Source: an uncultured bacterium
GTDB lineage: Bacteria; Babelota; Babeliae; Babelales; Babelaceae
NCBI GenBank assembly: GCA_963717435.1
Contig: OY970332.1
Location: 864,001 to 928,000, forward strand
Direction of reading: 5' to 3'
Length of the DNA: 64,000 bases
Positions 42,702-52,956 of this stretch are shown piece after piece. The notes beneath the pieces were generated by a model. The model was not told the origin of the DNA. It did no database searches and saw only the letters and a list, made by a program, of their open reading frames with translations. Made by a program: the position numbers and the translations under genes. Within the stretch, counting starts at the first letter, position 1; the number at the start of each line of letters is the position of its first letter.

Positions 42702-43604
42702 ATGAAGAACTATTTTTTGTTTGCCATGGGTATAACTATATTTTCGTTTAACTCTACGGCACGGGCATGTGATACATGCAATTCATGTGAGACGCAAGAG
42801 CCAAGCTTTTTTGCAGAATTTTTTAAAAACCCAGTATCGGATGTTGTAAGAGAAGCCACCAGTTCAAATAATCCGTCACTTGTAAAATCTTTTTTTAATA
42901 ATCTAGCGTCTTTAGATCCAAAATTGATTCAAAAATACATAAATAGGCCCGATGCGACTGGTTCAACGCCATTATTGATAGCATTGACCCCTTCAGCCGC
43001 TGAAGTTGATGAAATTTTGGAAATTTTGAAAAATGAAGGTTCATCAAGTAAGAATGCGAAACTTGCAAAAATTGTGGGTAATATTGAGATTATAAAATTC
43101 TTGATAGACAACGGGGCAGATGTGAATCAGGCAAACAATGGCGGTTATACCCCGTTGGAAATGGCTGCTTTGGCGGGAAACCTGGAGGCTGTAAAGCTTT
43201 TAGTGGACAAAGTGTCTGATATAAATCAAGAAGATTTGGTTTTTGGATGGACACCATTGACGGCTGCAATTAATTATGGTCTTAACCTCGAACTGATAAA
43301 ATTATTGATCCAAAAAGGCGCCGACGTTAATTATGCCAATAAAAAGAGTGGAGCAACCCCATTAATTCAAGCAATATTGCAAGCTACATTAAATGGACTG
43401 GAAATAATAAAAGTAGTTCAGCTTTTAATAGAAAATGGTGCAGATCTTAATAAAGCAGATAATGAAGGACACACACCGTTTGCTATCGCCAAACTGGCAG
43501 AAGAAGCTGCTAAAGATAACCCATTTTATAAAAATCATAAGTTTTATACACAAGAAGTGATGGATGTTCTTGAAAAAGCTGCGGCAACAAAAAATAAAAA
43601 ATAA
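42702..43604 (+). CDS. Secreted ankyrin-repeat protein
   Basis: Signal peptide; GSTPL, GYTPL, GWTPL, GATPL and GHTPF repeats with GADVN. Confidence 0.92.
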   Translation: MKNYFLFAMGITIFSFNSTARACDTCNSCETQEPSFFAEFFKNPVSDVVREATSSNNPSLVKSFFNNLASLDPKLIQKYINRPDATGSTPLLIALTPSAAEVDEILEILKNEGSSSKNAKLAKIVGNIEIIKFLIDNGADVNQANNGGYTPLEMAALAGNLEAVKLLVDKVSDINQEDLVFGWTPLTAAINYGLNLELIKLLIQKGADVNYANKKSGATPLIQAILQATLNGLEIIKVVQLLIENGADLNKADNEGHTPFAIAKLAEEAAKDNPFYKNHKFYTQEVMDVLEKAAATKNKK

Positions 43605-43668
43605 GATAAGCTCAGATGGGTTTAAATTTGAGATTATCTTAAATATTATTTAATATTATAGAATAAAG

Positions 43669-43696
43669 AGGGCTCATGTTGATATGCGTGAGCCCT
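43669..43696 (+). terminator. Hairpin/terminator
   Basis: AGGGCTCA...TGAGCCCT. Confidence 0.55.
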
Positions 43697-43702
43697 AATA
43701 AT

Positions 43703-43731
43703 TTGTGCAATTTGCGTTGTAATGATATAAT
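43703..43731 (+). promoter_or_regulatory. Sigma70 promoter for tRNA-Thr/rpsI
   Basis: TTGTGC-17 bp-TATAAT with an extended -10 TG, 10 bp before the tRNA. Confidence 0.6.
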
Positions 43732-43741
43732 ATTTGCTGGC

Positions 43742-43816
<75 letters not shown>

Positions 43817-43862
43817 GGATAGATTAAAGTATGTATAGTTTTATTTAAAGGTTAAGTTCAGG

Positions 43863-44348
43863 ATGGAAAAAACAAAAACATCTAAAACAGCAACAAAAAA
43901 GGTTGTAGCCACTCCAAAAGCTACAGTATCAAAGGCTCCTAAAGTAGCTAAGGCTGCAAAAGTTGCTCCGGTTCATGGTGTTGGAAGACGTAAGTCTGCA
44001 GTTGCAAGAGTGTGGTTGCGTCCAGGTAAGGGTAAAATTACCGTTAATGGCAAAGTTTACACCGAATATTTTGATACAGAAGTTACACGTAAGTCTGCAG
44101 CATCAGTTCTTGCGGCATGTGCATCAGCTTCAAAATATGATACAGAAGCGACAATCGAAGGTGGCGGATTAGCTGGACAAGCGGACGCACTTAAGCTTGG
44201 TTTTGCACGTGCGTTGGTCTCTATAGATGAATCTTCAAGAGCGGCTTTAAAAGAAGCAGGTCTTTTGACAGTTGATTCAAGACTAAAAGAACGTAAAAAA
44301 TATGGTCGTAAGGCTGCTCGTCGTGGCTTCCAGTTTGTAAAACGTTAA
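43863..44348 (+). CDS. rpsI: 30S ribosomal protein S9 with K/A/T-rich N-terminal extension
   Basis: GVGRRKSAVARV, GGGLAGQADA, LLTVDSRLKERKKYG, FVKR. Confidence 0.97.
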   Translation: MEKTKTSKTATKKVVATPKATVSKAPKVAKAAKVAPVHGVGRRKSAVARVWLRPGKGKITVNGKVYTEYFDTEVTRKSAASVLAACASASKYDTEATIEGGGLAGQADALKLGFARALVSIDESSRAALKEAGLLTVDSRLKERKKYGRKAARRGFQFVKR

Positions 44349-44398
44349 TCTTTAAAAGCACTGCTTTTTTCTGTCTTTTTTCAAACGAGAAAATAATG

Positions 44399-44440
44399 GC
44401 ACTTGCGAAATTATTAATAAACTTCGCAAGTGCTTTTTTT
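44399..44440 (+). terminator. Intrinsic terminator after rpsI
   Basis: GCACTTGCGAA-loop-TTCGCAAGTGC-TTTTTTT. Confidence 0.8.
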
Positions 44441-44565
44441 GCGCTATTTTTATCACCGAAATAGCCACTGAAATAACTGCTAAATAATTGATAATATATA
44501 ACTTGCTGTGATATATTATATCTGTCTTAAAGTTCAAAAAGTTCCAGCTTTATGAAAGAAATCTT

Positions 44566-46449
44566 ATGTGTAGCGTAATCGGTTATATAGGTTCCAATCT
44601 TGGAAAATCTTACGTACTTGATGGTCTTGCAAGACTAGAATATAGAGGGTATGACTCAGCCGGGTTTGCTTGTATTAATATAGGTGATGCTGATAGCGAA
44701 GTTAAATATTACAAATCTGTAGGCGGATATTCTAATTTAGTTGCCGGACTTGAAGATTCCAATATAGATGGCCAATGTGCCATGGGTCAGACCCGCTGGT
44801 CGACTCACGGCGCCCCTTCTGTAGAAAACGCTCATCCACATTTTGATTGCTCCAAAACTATATCAGTGATTCATAACGGGATAATAGAGAACCATCATGA
44901 ATTGCGCACAAAATTAAAACTAGCGGGACATGTTTTTAAGTCCCAAACTGATACAGAGATAGTTGCCCATCTTTTTGAACAAGTTTTTGCTGATAACAAA
45001 TCAGATAGTAAATTAGGTATTAAATTAGATATTAAAAAAGCTGCCCAAGAAGTATTTAGCCAGCTTGATGGGGCGTATGCATTTGTCTTTCTTTTTGCGC
45101 AGTATCCAGATCTTATGGTTGTTGCAAGAAAAAGATCGCCGCTATGTATCGGGCTTTCTGATTCTGGAAACTTTGTAGCCTCAGATTTCTTGGCATTTGT
45201 TGATAAAACAAACAAAGTTGTTTTTATGCCAGATAGTAGTTTTGCAATATTAAAAAAAGACAGCGTAGAACTTTATGACTTTTCAGGCAAAACTTTACCT
45301 ATTAATATTTCGCAAGTGGATTTCAGTTGGAACCTTTCATCAAAGGGCAACTTCGAGCATTATATGCTTAAAGAGATCTACGAACAAAACAGAGTTGTTC
45401 GTGACACAGTAAATTTTTTAAAAAATAGTTATTTATCAGGCAACATCTGGGAAAATCTTGGGATCTCTAAAGAACAGGTAAAAAATCTAAAATCTATAAA
45501 TTTTGTAGCATGTGGCACGTCGTGGCACGCTGGCAAAATCTCCCAGTTTTTTTTCGAGTCTATCTCAAAAATACCAACAGAGTCGCATCTTGCATCTGAG
45601 TTAAGATATAAAACTATTTTTGACGCACAAGATGTAATATATATGGCAATTTCGCAATCTGGCGAAACAGCAGACACACTTGAGGCAATAAGACTTATAA
45701 ATTCCCGTAACATGAAAACTATAGCACTAACAAACGTAGGTTCAAGTAGTCTCGTGCGTGAAACTTCTGGCTTTTTGTTAATGCAAGCGGGGCAAGAGAT
45801 TGCGGTTGCTTCAACAAAAGCGTTCACTGCCCAAGTTGCAAATTTATACTGGCTCGCAAATCTTTTTGCGCTTGAAAAGGGGTTAATCACACAACAAGAG
45901 TTTGAACAAGTCGAGACAGATTTAATTATTGCAGCTGAAAGTTTAGAGTCTGGAATAGAAAAATATAAACTAGAGATCATTCAAGAGCTTGCGCAATATT
46001 ATTCTAAATTTAAAAATTTTATTTTCTTAGGGCGCGCAATTGGATATCCATTTGCACTTGAAGCTGCCCTAAAACTCAAAGAGATTACGTATTGCTTTGC
46101 AGAAACTTATCCAGCTGGTGAATTAAAGCATGGCGCGATTGCGCTAATAGAGCCCGGTGTTCCCGTGTTTCTGTTCTCAAGTCTCGATCCAATAATTTAT
46201 ACAAAACTTGTTGCCAACGCTCAAGAAGTAAAGGCACGCAAGGGGCACTTGGTGGTTGTCGCATTTGAGGGTCAAGATGAACTTTGTGAACTTGCTGACA
46301 AAGTTTTTATATTGCCCAAAGTTAAGTTACTCTTAGAGCCGCTTGCTATGACCGGCCTGATGCAATTTTTTGCATATCAAGTTGCCAAAGAACTCGGGCG
46401 TACTATAGACAAGCCGCGCAATCTTGCCAAATCAGTTACTGTAGAGTAG
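44566..46449 (+). CDS. glmS: Glutamine--fructose-6-phosphate aminotransferase
   Basis: N-terminal Cys; LEYRGYDSAG, TRWSTHG, HNGIIEN, ISQSGETADT, VASTKAF, ELKHG, PRNLAKSVTVE. Confidence 0.98.
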   Translation: MCSVIGYIGSNLGKSYVLDGLARLEYRGYDSAGFACINIGDADSEVKYYKSVGGYSNLVAGLEDSNIDGQCAMGQTRWSTHGAPSVENAHPHFDCSKTISVIHNGIIENHHELRTKLKLAGHVFKSQTDTEIVAHLFEQVFADNKSDSKLGIKLDIKKAAQEVFSQLDGAYAFVFLFAQYPDLMVVARKRSPLCIGLSDSGNFVASDFLAFVDKTNKVVFMPDSSFAILKKDSVELYDFSGKTLPINISQVDFSWNLSSKGNFEHYMLKEIYEQNRVVRDTVNFLKNSYLSGNIWENLGISKEQVKNLKSINFVACGTSWHAGKISQFFFESISKIPTESHLASELRYKTIFDAQDVIYMAISQSGETADTLEAIRLINSRNMKTIALTNVGSSSLVRETSGFLLMQAGQEIAVASTKAFTAQVANLYWLANLFALEKGLITQQEFEQVETDLIIAAESLESGIEKYKLEIIQELAQYYSKFKNFIFLGRAIGYPFALEAALKLKEITYCFAETYPAGELKHGAIALIEPGVPVFLFSSLDPIIYTKLVANAQEVKARKGHLVVVAFEGQDELCELADKVFILPKVKLLLEPLAMTGLMQFFAYQVAKELGRTIDKPRNLAKSVTVE

Positions 46450-46522
46450 AAAAAAATCAGTTTACAAATTACATCCCAATTTGCTATTGTGTTTTTGGTT
46501 TTTAACTTCAAGGAGTTTGGCT

Positions 46523-47476
46523 ATGTCACGCAATATCAAATTGGTTTTGTTATTAAGTTTTTTCTCCGGTTTTAATCTGTTATTTTCTGCATTTTACGAG
46601 CAATATAATCTTACTGACTATAATCAAAATATTAGCTGTGTGTTAGAACATCCAACAGCAAAACTATTAATGCGGGATAAAACTCATAAAAGTATAATAA
46701 ATCTAGAAACTGAAGATATTTTTACAACTGAATCTTTTCTTAATCTTATGGCCCAATCTTTTTCGATGAATAAATCACTATTAATTGCAAGAGTTATCAC
46801 TGAAGATTCTCAAAAAAATAATTTAGTTAAATTTTATAACGCCCATTATTTTATAAACTTTTTATTTAAAGATAAGTTCTTAGATTATCTTGCAGGGACC
46901 TATAAAATTAGCGAAGATGCTTTTCGTGACCCATCTTGGGCCAAAATAATTTATCCCGTAGAAATCTATTATATAGACAACTTTGATAGTCCAGGGTTTG
47001 AGTATCTTGGCGAAATTACACATAGTGGAAAAAAGCCAGAAGATATATCTGATTCTGATTACCAAAATTCTAAAAATGTCTTAAAAAGATTTTTCGTTGC
47101 AAACCTGCCCGATGCGCCGGAACTGAAATTTAATATACCTAGACAAACTATATTAGAAAACAAAATAATCTTGGCCGATTTGTATAACTTCGGCTTTCAA
47201 AAACCAAGGGTGTCGCCAGATCAACCAAAGGCTGTGCAGCTCATTTTAGATGTAATTGCTGAGTCTCGGCAAACTAAATTTATGATTAAATTAAGTTATC
47301 GTGCTCTTTTGTCTTTATTTAAAATTTTTATAAATACCCGTGGCGATTTAGAGAGCTATAGCAATATTTTTGAGTCTATTATCATAAATGTTGCAAATAA
47401 AAATAATCCTGAGCTTGAAGCTGCTCTTAGAGGCTATCATAGAAAGTTTCTGTGTTGTTATCACTCAAGTTTATAA
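46523..47476 (+). CDS. Secreted hypothetical protein
   Basis: AAGGAG RBS before MSRNIK; signal peptide. Confidence 0.7.
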   Translation: MSRNIKLVLLLSFFSGFNLLFSAFYEQYNLTDYNQNISCVLEHPTAKLLMRDKTHKSIINLETEDIFTTESFLNLMAQSFSMNKSLLIARVITEDSQKNNLVKFYNAHYFINFLFKDKFLDYLAGTYKISEDAFRDPSWAKIIYPVEIYYIDNFDSPGFEYLGEITHSGKKPEDISDSDYQNSKNVLKRFFVANLPDAPELKFNIPRQTILENKIILADLYNFGFQKPRVSPDQPKAVQLILDVIAESRQTKFMIKLSYRALLSLFKIFINTRGDLESYSNIFESIIINVANKNNPELEAALRGYHRKFLCCYHSSL

Positions 47477-47478
47477 AA

Positions 47479-48945
47479 TTAATTTTTTGTATTCTCTACT
47501 TCTTCGAGTTTAATTTTATCATCCAAAACTAAATATTTTTTAATAAATTTTACAGACTTTTCTTTAGATTCAAGTTTTGCCTGTTTTTCAGATTTTAAGA
47601 TATTAAAAATATTTATAATCTGTATCGCAGACTTTATTTGATAATCTTTTGCAAAGTTTTCCGCAAATTTTTCTTTAGGATTTTTTGTTGTTTCAGTCTC
47701 TTCAGGTTCTGCCATCTTAGATTTTTGCTCTTCAGATCGTTGCAATTCTTCAATAAGTTTCATCTCTTTTGTTGGTGGGATTTTTTGTTCGACAACAAAA
47801 TCTGGTGTAACCCCGATTCCCTGTATTTTTGTATTATTATCTAAAAAGTACTCAGCAATCGTACATCTTATTGCGCAATTATTGTTAAGCGGGATAACCT
47901 CTTGCACTGAGCCCTTGCCATAAGTTTGAGTGCCCAAAATAAAAATATTTTTTAAACTTTTTAATGTTCCTGATAAAATTTCAGCGGCCGATGCGGTACC
48001 GTGATTCACCAAGATTATAATTGGTATATCCTGCGGAGCTATAGGAGCCCTTTTAGTCAAATAGCTTTCAAGTATTTTGCCATCTTTGTTTTTTGTCACA
48101 ACAATAGTACTGTTTTTTGGCATAAATAAACTAGAAATATCCACAGCCGATTGCAATATTCCACCGCCATTATCTCGTAGATCTAAAATTATACCTCGTA
48201 CTTTATTGTTTATACTTTTTTTCAATACAGATTCAATAAGATGTGCAGATTGGGTGCTGAACATCGCAAGTGAAATATAATAGATTTTCAGTTCAGGTAA
48301 ATAATAAGAAGATAGATTTTCTTCTTTGACAACGTCACGTTCAACATAAATTTTCAATATATTATCTTTGTCGCTTGAGTTTCCATTTCTTATTATATCC
48401 AGCCTAACTTTTGTTTTTCTGGGCCCACGTATTTTTTCTACTATCTCTTCAAGCTTTAATTTTTTTAGCTTATTACCATCAACAGCTATAATTTTATCAA
48501 GCGGCTTAACCCCTGCTTTTTCTGCGGGTCCCTGTGCAATCACATCAACTACTGTAATAAAATCTTCCCCTGTAACTTTGGGCGCTATTTTTACTCCAAT
48601 GCCGCAAAATTCTCCCCCCATACTGTCACTTAAAGATTTATATTCTTTTTGGGAATGCAGCGCGCCATGTGCATCAAATTGCATAAAAGTGTCTAGAGAT
48701 TTGATCATTAATTCATCAAGATCGGGTGTTTTATAAGCTTTGTTTTTTGTAATTTCTAAAACCTGGGCCAGCGTGCTCAGCCATTTATAGACCTGCTCGT
48801 CATATTTATCTGTTGTAGTTGTCTTAATTGTATCTGTGCTTAAATTAGTTAAATTTTTTGTTTTTTCTTGTTCCGCGCAAATTATATTACTTGCTATAGA
48901 ACTTGATATTAATACTATAAAAAAAACAGCTTTTAAACTTTTCAC
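47479..48945 (-). CDS. Carboxy-terminal processing protease, S41A family with PDZ domain (CtpA-like)
   Basis: FCGIGV, PAEKAGV, ILDLRDNGGG, HGTASAAEI, TYGKGSVQ, GIGVTPD. Confidence 0.92.
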   Translation of the reverse strand: MKSLKAVFFIVLISSSIASNIICAEQEKTKNLTNLSTDTIKTTTTDKYDEQVYKWLSTLAQVLEITKNKAYKTPDLDELMIKSLDTFMQFDAHGALHSQKEYKSLSDSMGGEFCGIGVKIAPKVTGEDFITVVDVIAQGPAEKAGVKPLDKIIAVDGNKLKKLKLEEIVEKIRGPRKTKVRLDIIRNGNSSDKDNILKIYVERDVVKEENLSSYYLPELKIYYISLAMFSTQSAHLIESVLKKSINNKVRGIILDLRDNGGGILQSAVDISSLFMPKNSTIVVTKNKDGKILESYLTKRAPIAPQDIPIIILVNHGTASAAEILSGTLKSLKNIFILGTQTYGKGSVQEVIPLNNNCAIRCTIAEYFLDNNTKIQGIGVTPDFVVEQKIPPTKEMKLIEELQRSEEQKSKMAEPEETETTKNPKEKFAENFAKDYQIKSAIQIINIFNILKSEKQAKLESKEKSVKFIKKYLVLDDKIKLEEVENTKN

Positions 48946-49085
48946 CCGCTCCCTTTCTTTTTTTTAGTTTTACTATTAACCGCTAGTTTAAATCAAGATT
49001 TATAAAATAATTTTAATATTATTAAGTTTTGTTAATAATATGGCTTTTGTTATAATTTTTAGAGCTTAAAAAAAATATAAATATA

Positions 49086-50216
49086 TTGGAGGCGATCTTG
49101 AATAATTTTTTTAAAAATATATTTTGCCTATTATTCTCTATAACTATATTTGTTAATATTTTTCCCATGCAATATTTGCAGAACAGTTTAAGACGCAGGA
49201 ATAACTTATCTGGCACAAGTTCAAATAAGCTTGAAGCAGGCGTGTTATATGAAAGCAGTGAAAATAATAACAACTCAGATTTCCCAATTTTAACTGAAAT
49301 TATTATCGGCAACTTTGAGGACCACCAACTTGCCGCACAGGAAACTTTAAAAAATATAGTTCCGGGTAAAATATTTCCAGAAGAAATCTGGCGTGAAATA
49401 ATACAATATCTAGATTTTAATGATCCCGCGCTTATACGCTTTTTTGCCCCAATCATGGGCGTCACCAAAGAGCAGGCAGAAAAAATTGCATTTGCGATCC
49501 ACTATTCTGTTGTCAAAAATGCTTCAAACTTTGAAGATATTGATCTTAAATTAAAGTCTATTTTAAGAACCTATAATAAAAAATCCCAAGAACTTATAAA
49601 AAATTATATAACTCTGCTTGATCTAAATTTTGATCAAGAATACAAAAATTTAAAATACACCGTTGGCCTAATTCCAATAAGATGGCTATTGTCTGGTCCA
49701 AGTAAGGTCAGAGATGATATAAAAAATTTGCAGAAAGAGAATATTGCAAAAATTTTGAGATATCAAGGAGTTATAGCCGACGATGTTGGGCTCAGTGGAG
49801 AGGGCAAGCCGGGCCTAAAAGATATCGCCAATATGAAGAAGTTTTATTCTAAGCTTAAAAAGCGAGAGTTAATGTATAAATATTTTGGAAGTGAGAAATA
49901 TAATAAAATCTTGGAAAGATATAGAGAAAATTTTGTAACATATTTTTTCTGTATCTTTTTTACACATTTAACTTTTTGGGTATTATCCGTGGCGACATTT
50001 GCTGGCGGAAGCCTTGATCTCAGTCTCATTTGGATACCGGCCATTTTAATGTATTATATTGTTTGGCATGCATTTTTTGTTGTGCTTGATAAAGAATCTC
50101 TAAGCGACAATGTTAAACACTTAGAAGGGGCACCGGATTATATACAAAGCTTGATGGAATATTTAAATAAAAAACTTGCTGAAGATAGGTTATTAAATGC
50201 TGCTAAAAAAAATTAA
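49086..50216 (+). CDS. Hypothetical protein with F-box-like motif and C-terminal TM pair
   Basis: FPEEIWREIIQYLD; two hydrophobic segments near the C-terminus. Confidence 0.7.
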   Translation: MEAILNNFFKNIFCLLFSITIFVNIFPMQYLQNSLRRRNNLSGTSSNKLEAGVLYESSENNNNSDFPILTEIIIGNFEDHQLAAQETLKNIVPGKIFPEEIWREIIQYLDFNDPALIRFFAPIMGVTKEQAEKIAFAIHYSVVKNASNFEDIDLKLKSILRTYNKKSQELIKNYITLLDLNFDQEYKNLKYTVGLIPIRWLLSGPSKVRDDIKNLQKENIAKILRYQGVIADDVGLSGEGKPGLKDIANMKKFYSKLKKRELMYKYFGSEKYNKILERYRENFVTYFFCIFFTHLTFWVLSVATFAGGSLDLSLIWIPAILMYYIVWHAFFVVLDKESLSDNVKHLEGAPDYIQSLMEYLNKKLAEDRLLNAAKKN

Positions 50217-50230
50217 TTTTGAATCAAACA

Positions 50231-50252
50231 AGGGCGTGCTTTCACACGCCCT
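50231..50252. terminator. Hairpin between convergent genes
   Basis: AGGGCGTG-CTTTCA-CACGCCCT. Confidence 0.65.
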
Positions 50253-50282
50253 ATGCTAAATTTGGAACTGTATAGCGATTTA

Positions 50283-51836
50283 TTACGATTTTTTGCTTGA
50301 TAGAAATTTATGAGCGGCTTTTACAAATTCTTGGGCTAATATTTCATATTCTCCAATTAAATTATTCATAGCCTTTGCAATAGCCTTTGTTTTTTTGTCC
50401 TTATCTAAAGTATCCTTTTTTTGTTCCATAGCAGTTTTCACTTCTTTTATAGTTTTTTTATTGTTTTCTTCGGCCTGCTTTAATCCAGCTTCATTATTAT
50501 TGCTTGGCATATAGAACTTATTTATTTCACCTAATATTTGGGATAATTTACTGAAATCATCGAATAATTTTTTGTTATAATCGTTTGATGGTAAAACTTT
50601 ATAGAATTTTGATCTGATGTTTCCTAATATAACTTGTGCAATATTTTGTATTTTTAAGAATTTGGCTTCATCAAATTTTTGGTTATCTATAAAATTGATC
50701 TTTCTAATAGTTTCAAAGCCATATTTTATTCCATCATCGACATTGCGATCCAAACTTTTAACTAATAGTTCAATGAAATTTTTGAACTGCATTTCGATAT
50801 CTTCAGGAGTTTGAGAAGGACGGCTTATGTTAATAGCTTTGTTTTCTGATTCAGTTTTAGCAGCCCTCGTTTCATTTTCTTTCAATTCTTTTTCCCATTG
50901 ATCCTTAAAGTTTTTTGCCAATTCTTTGTATTTTACGGCAAGATATAACATCAATTCTTTGGATTGTTTAGGTCCAGTATTGAATACGAATATATCAGGA
51001 GCATCGGTTGCTTTCTTTAGTTCAGAGGCTATTGTGGCGTTGGTAGCTTTCAGTTCTTTGGCAAAACTTTCTAGATATGCTTTGTAGTCTGTTTTGGCTT
51101 GCTTAGAAGCCTCAAGCCATTTTGTGTTATTCTCTTCAATCAATCGAGTAATTTTGTTTAATGCATCTTTATAGGCTGGGAATTTTGTGGGTAGATCTGT
51201 GGAACCAGAATATTTTACAAATAAGTTTAGATTGTCCAATTCTAAATCAATTTTATTCTTTAATTTTTCGATGTTTCTTATATCTAATTGTCCAAATAAA
51301 CGGTCCATGTCTTGCTTAAGAACATCCATTTTGGGTATTAAATTATTTTTTACTTTTTCTACTATATCCTCAAATATCTTTACAAAAACATTAATTAATT
51401 CTTTAGTGTCTTTATCGATTTTTAACTCAGAAAAACTCTTTGATTTTATTTGATTTTTAAGAGTTTCTATTTTCTTTGAAATATCGGTTAAAAAAGCATC
51501 AATATCATTAGGGTTTGTAGGAACTGGATTTTCTAAGCCTTTTTTTAATTTATTTAAACCCTCTATAATTGAATTAGACAGTGTCTGAATATCGGTTATT
51601 GCTTGGTTCGAAACTTCTTTTGAAATTGAAGCCATGGTGCTATTCCAGCTTCTTGCTGCTTTTGAATCTTTAGAGAATTTTCTTAGATCGACGTCTGTGT
51701 TTCCAATTCCAAACAATGCCTCTGCTTTGTTTCTTAACTCTTGGCGAAACTCTTTATCTAGCTCGTAAGTAATAATGCTAGTTATGTTTAAACTTGCGAT
51801 TAAAAATAAAATATTATAGAAAAATATTTTTTTCAT
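50283..51836 (-). CDS. Secreted coiled-coil-rich hypothetical protein
   Basis: GAGG RBS; signal peptide; K/E-rich helical sequence. Confidence 0.75.
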   Translation of the reverse strand: MKKIFFYNILFLIASLNITSIITYELDKEFRQELRNKAEALFGIGNTDVDLRKFSKDSKAARSWNSTMASISKEVSNQAITDIQTLSNSIIEGLNKLKKGLENPVPTNPNDIDAFLTDISKKIETLKNQIKSKSFSELKIDKDTKELINVFVKIFEDIVEKVKNNLIPKMDVLKQDMDRLFGQLDIRNIEKLKNKIDLELDNLNLFVKYSGSTDLPTKFPAYKDALNKITRLIEENNTKWLEASKQAKTDYKAYLESFAKELKATNATIASELKKATDAPDIFVFNTGPKQSKELMLYLAVKYKELAKNFKDQWEKELKENETRAAKTESENKAINISRPSQTPEDIEMQFKNFIELLVKSLDRNVDDGIKYGFETIRKINFIDNQKFDEAKFLKIQNIAQVILGNIRSKFYKVLPSNDYNKKLFDDFSKLSQILGEINKFYMPSNNNEAGLKQAEENNKKTIKEVKTAMEQKKDTLDKDKKTKAIAKAMNNLIGEYEILAQEFVKAAHKFLSSKKS

Positions 51837-51965
51837 AAACTACCTCTTTTTTATAGGGATTTTGTTTAAATTAGATGGGATTTGTTTTTTGCATGCTACT
51901 TCTTAGCACTATAAATAGTCTTTTGGGATTATGCAATAATTTTGAAATGTAAAAACTGGTGGGGG

Positions 51966-52859
51966 TTATTTCTCTTGTTTTTCTTCTTGATAATAAATAT
52001 AAAGCCCTAAGAATACGGTTAAATTCGAGATAAATAAGCTGAGAGTTATTTGTTCGCCTAAAAATATTTTTCCGAAAATTGCTGTAAAAAGCGGGCACAT
52101 TAAACTGGAAATTGCAATAAAGGTGACTGTGTATTTTTTAAGAAGGGCGCCGTAGAAGTTGTAAAATACTATATTGCCCGCAAGAATTATTAAAAATAGA
52201 AGAAATAAAAAATTGCTTAAGTCAGTTATTGGATGCCTGGTTTCAAATAGCCAAGATGTTGGGAATGTTAAGAGCCCGCCCAAGAACATAGTAAGATAAT
52301 TAACTATTATCGGTGACTGGTTTTCGTAGTTAATCATTTTGCGCATTAATATCCAACTATATGCGTAAGTTGCAACAGAGATAATTAATAATATTTCTGG
52401 CCAGGATATAAAAAAACGATCTGATATTAACGGGTCTTGAGAGTGTTCGATCAATATTGGCAGACAGCCAATAAAGCTTATTATAAGTCCCGCCCATTTT
52501 TTTAAGTTTATTTTTTCGTGTAGCATAAAATATGAAAAAATCGCTGAAATAAATGGCGTGAGATTATACAAAAAAGATACTTTTATGCTCGATGTATATT
52601 TAAGTGCTACAAAATCGAAGACATAAGAGATAAAATTTCCAAGAATAATAATTTGCGCGATATCAATTAGATTTTGTTTTGTTAACGCAATTTTTTTAAT
52701 CTTTTCTTTTTTTACTATTAAACTATAAGCAAGCAAAGAAAGACCACCAAGCGTCATACGCAGGCCTGTAATAAAAACTGGGCCGGAATAGTTCAAAAGT
52801 AATTTGCCGATTGTAAATGTGCTTGCGTATAATATATTTAAAATTATTATAAATAACAT
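51966..52859 (-). CDS. EamA/DMT family transporter
   Basis: About ten TM helices in two EamA repeats; FITGLRM, TPFISAIFSYFMLHEK, FLGEQIT. Confidence 0.88.
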   Translation of the reverse strand: MLFIIILNILYASTFTIGKLLLNYSGPVFITGLRMTLGGLSLLAYSLIVKKEKIKKIALTKQNLIDIAQIIILGNFISYVFDFVALKYTSSIKVSFLYNLTPFISAIFSYFMLHEKINLKKWAGLIISFIGCLPILIEHSQDPLISDRFFISWPEILLIISVATYAYSWILMRKMINYENQSPIIVNYLTMFLGGLLTFPTSWLFETRHPITDLSNFLFLLFLIILAGNIVFYNFYGALLKKYTVTFIAISSLMCPLFTAIFGKIFLGEQITLSLFISNLTVFLGLYIYYQEEKQEK

Positions 52860-52956
52860 GATTGATATCTCAGATAGATTTGGGAACGCGAAGTAGAGAT
52901 CGAGCTTCAAAAACTACAGTTTAGTGTTATGTAATTATATCATAAGGGGCAATTTT

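Noticed and set aside
44349-44565. glmS ribozyme upstream of glmS
   Set aside because: The region holds only the rpsI terminator and AT-rich DNA; I could not find the conserved ribozyme core.
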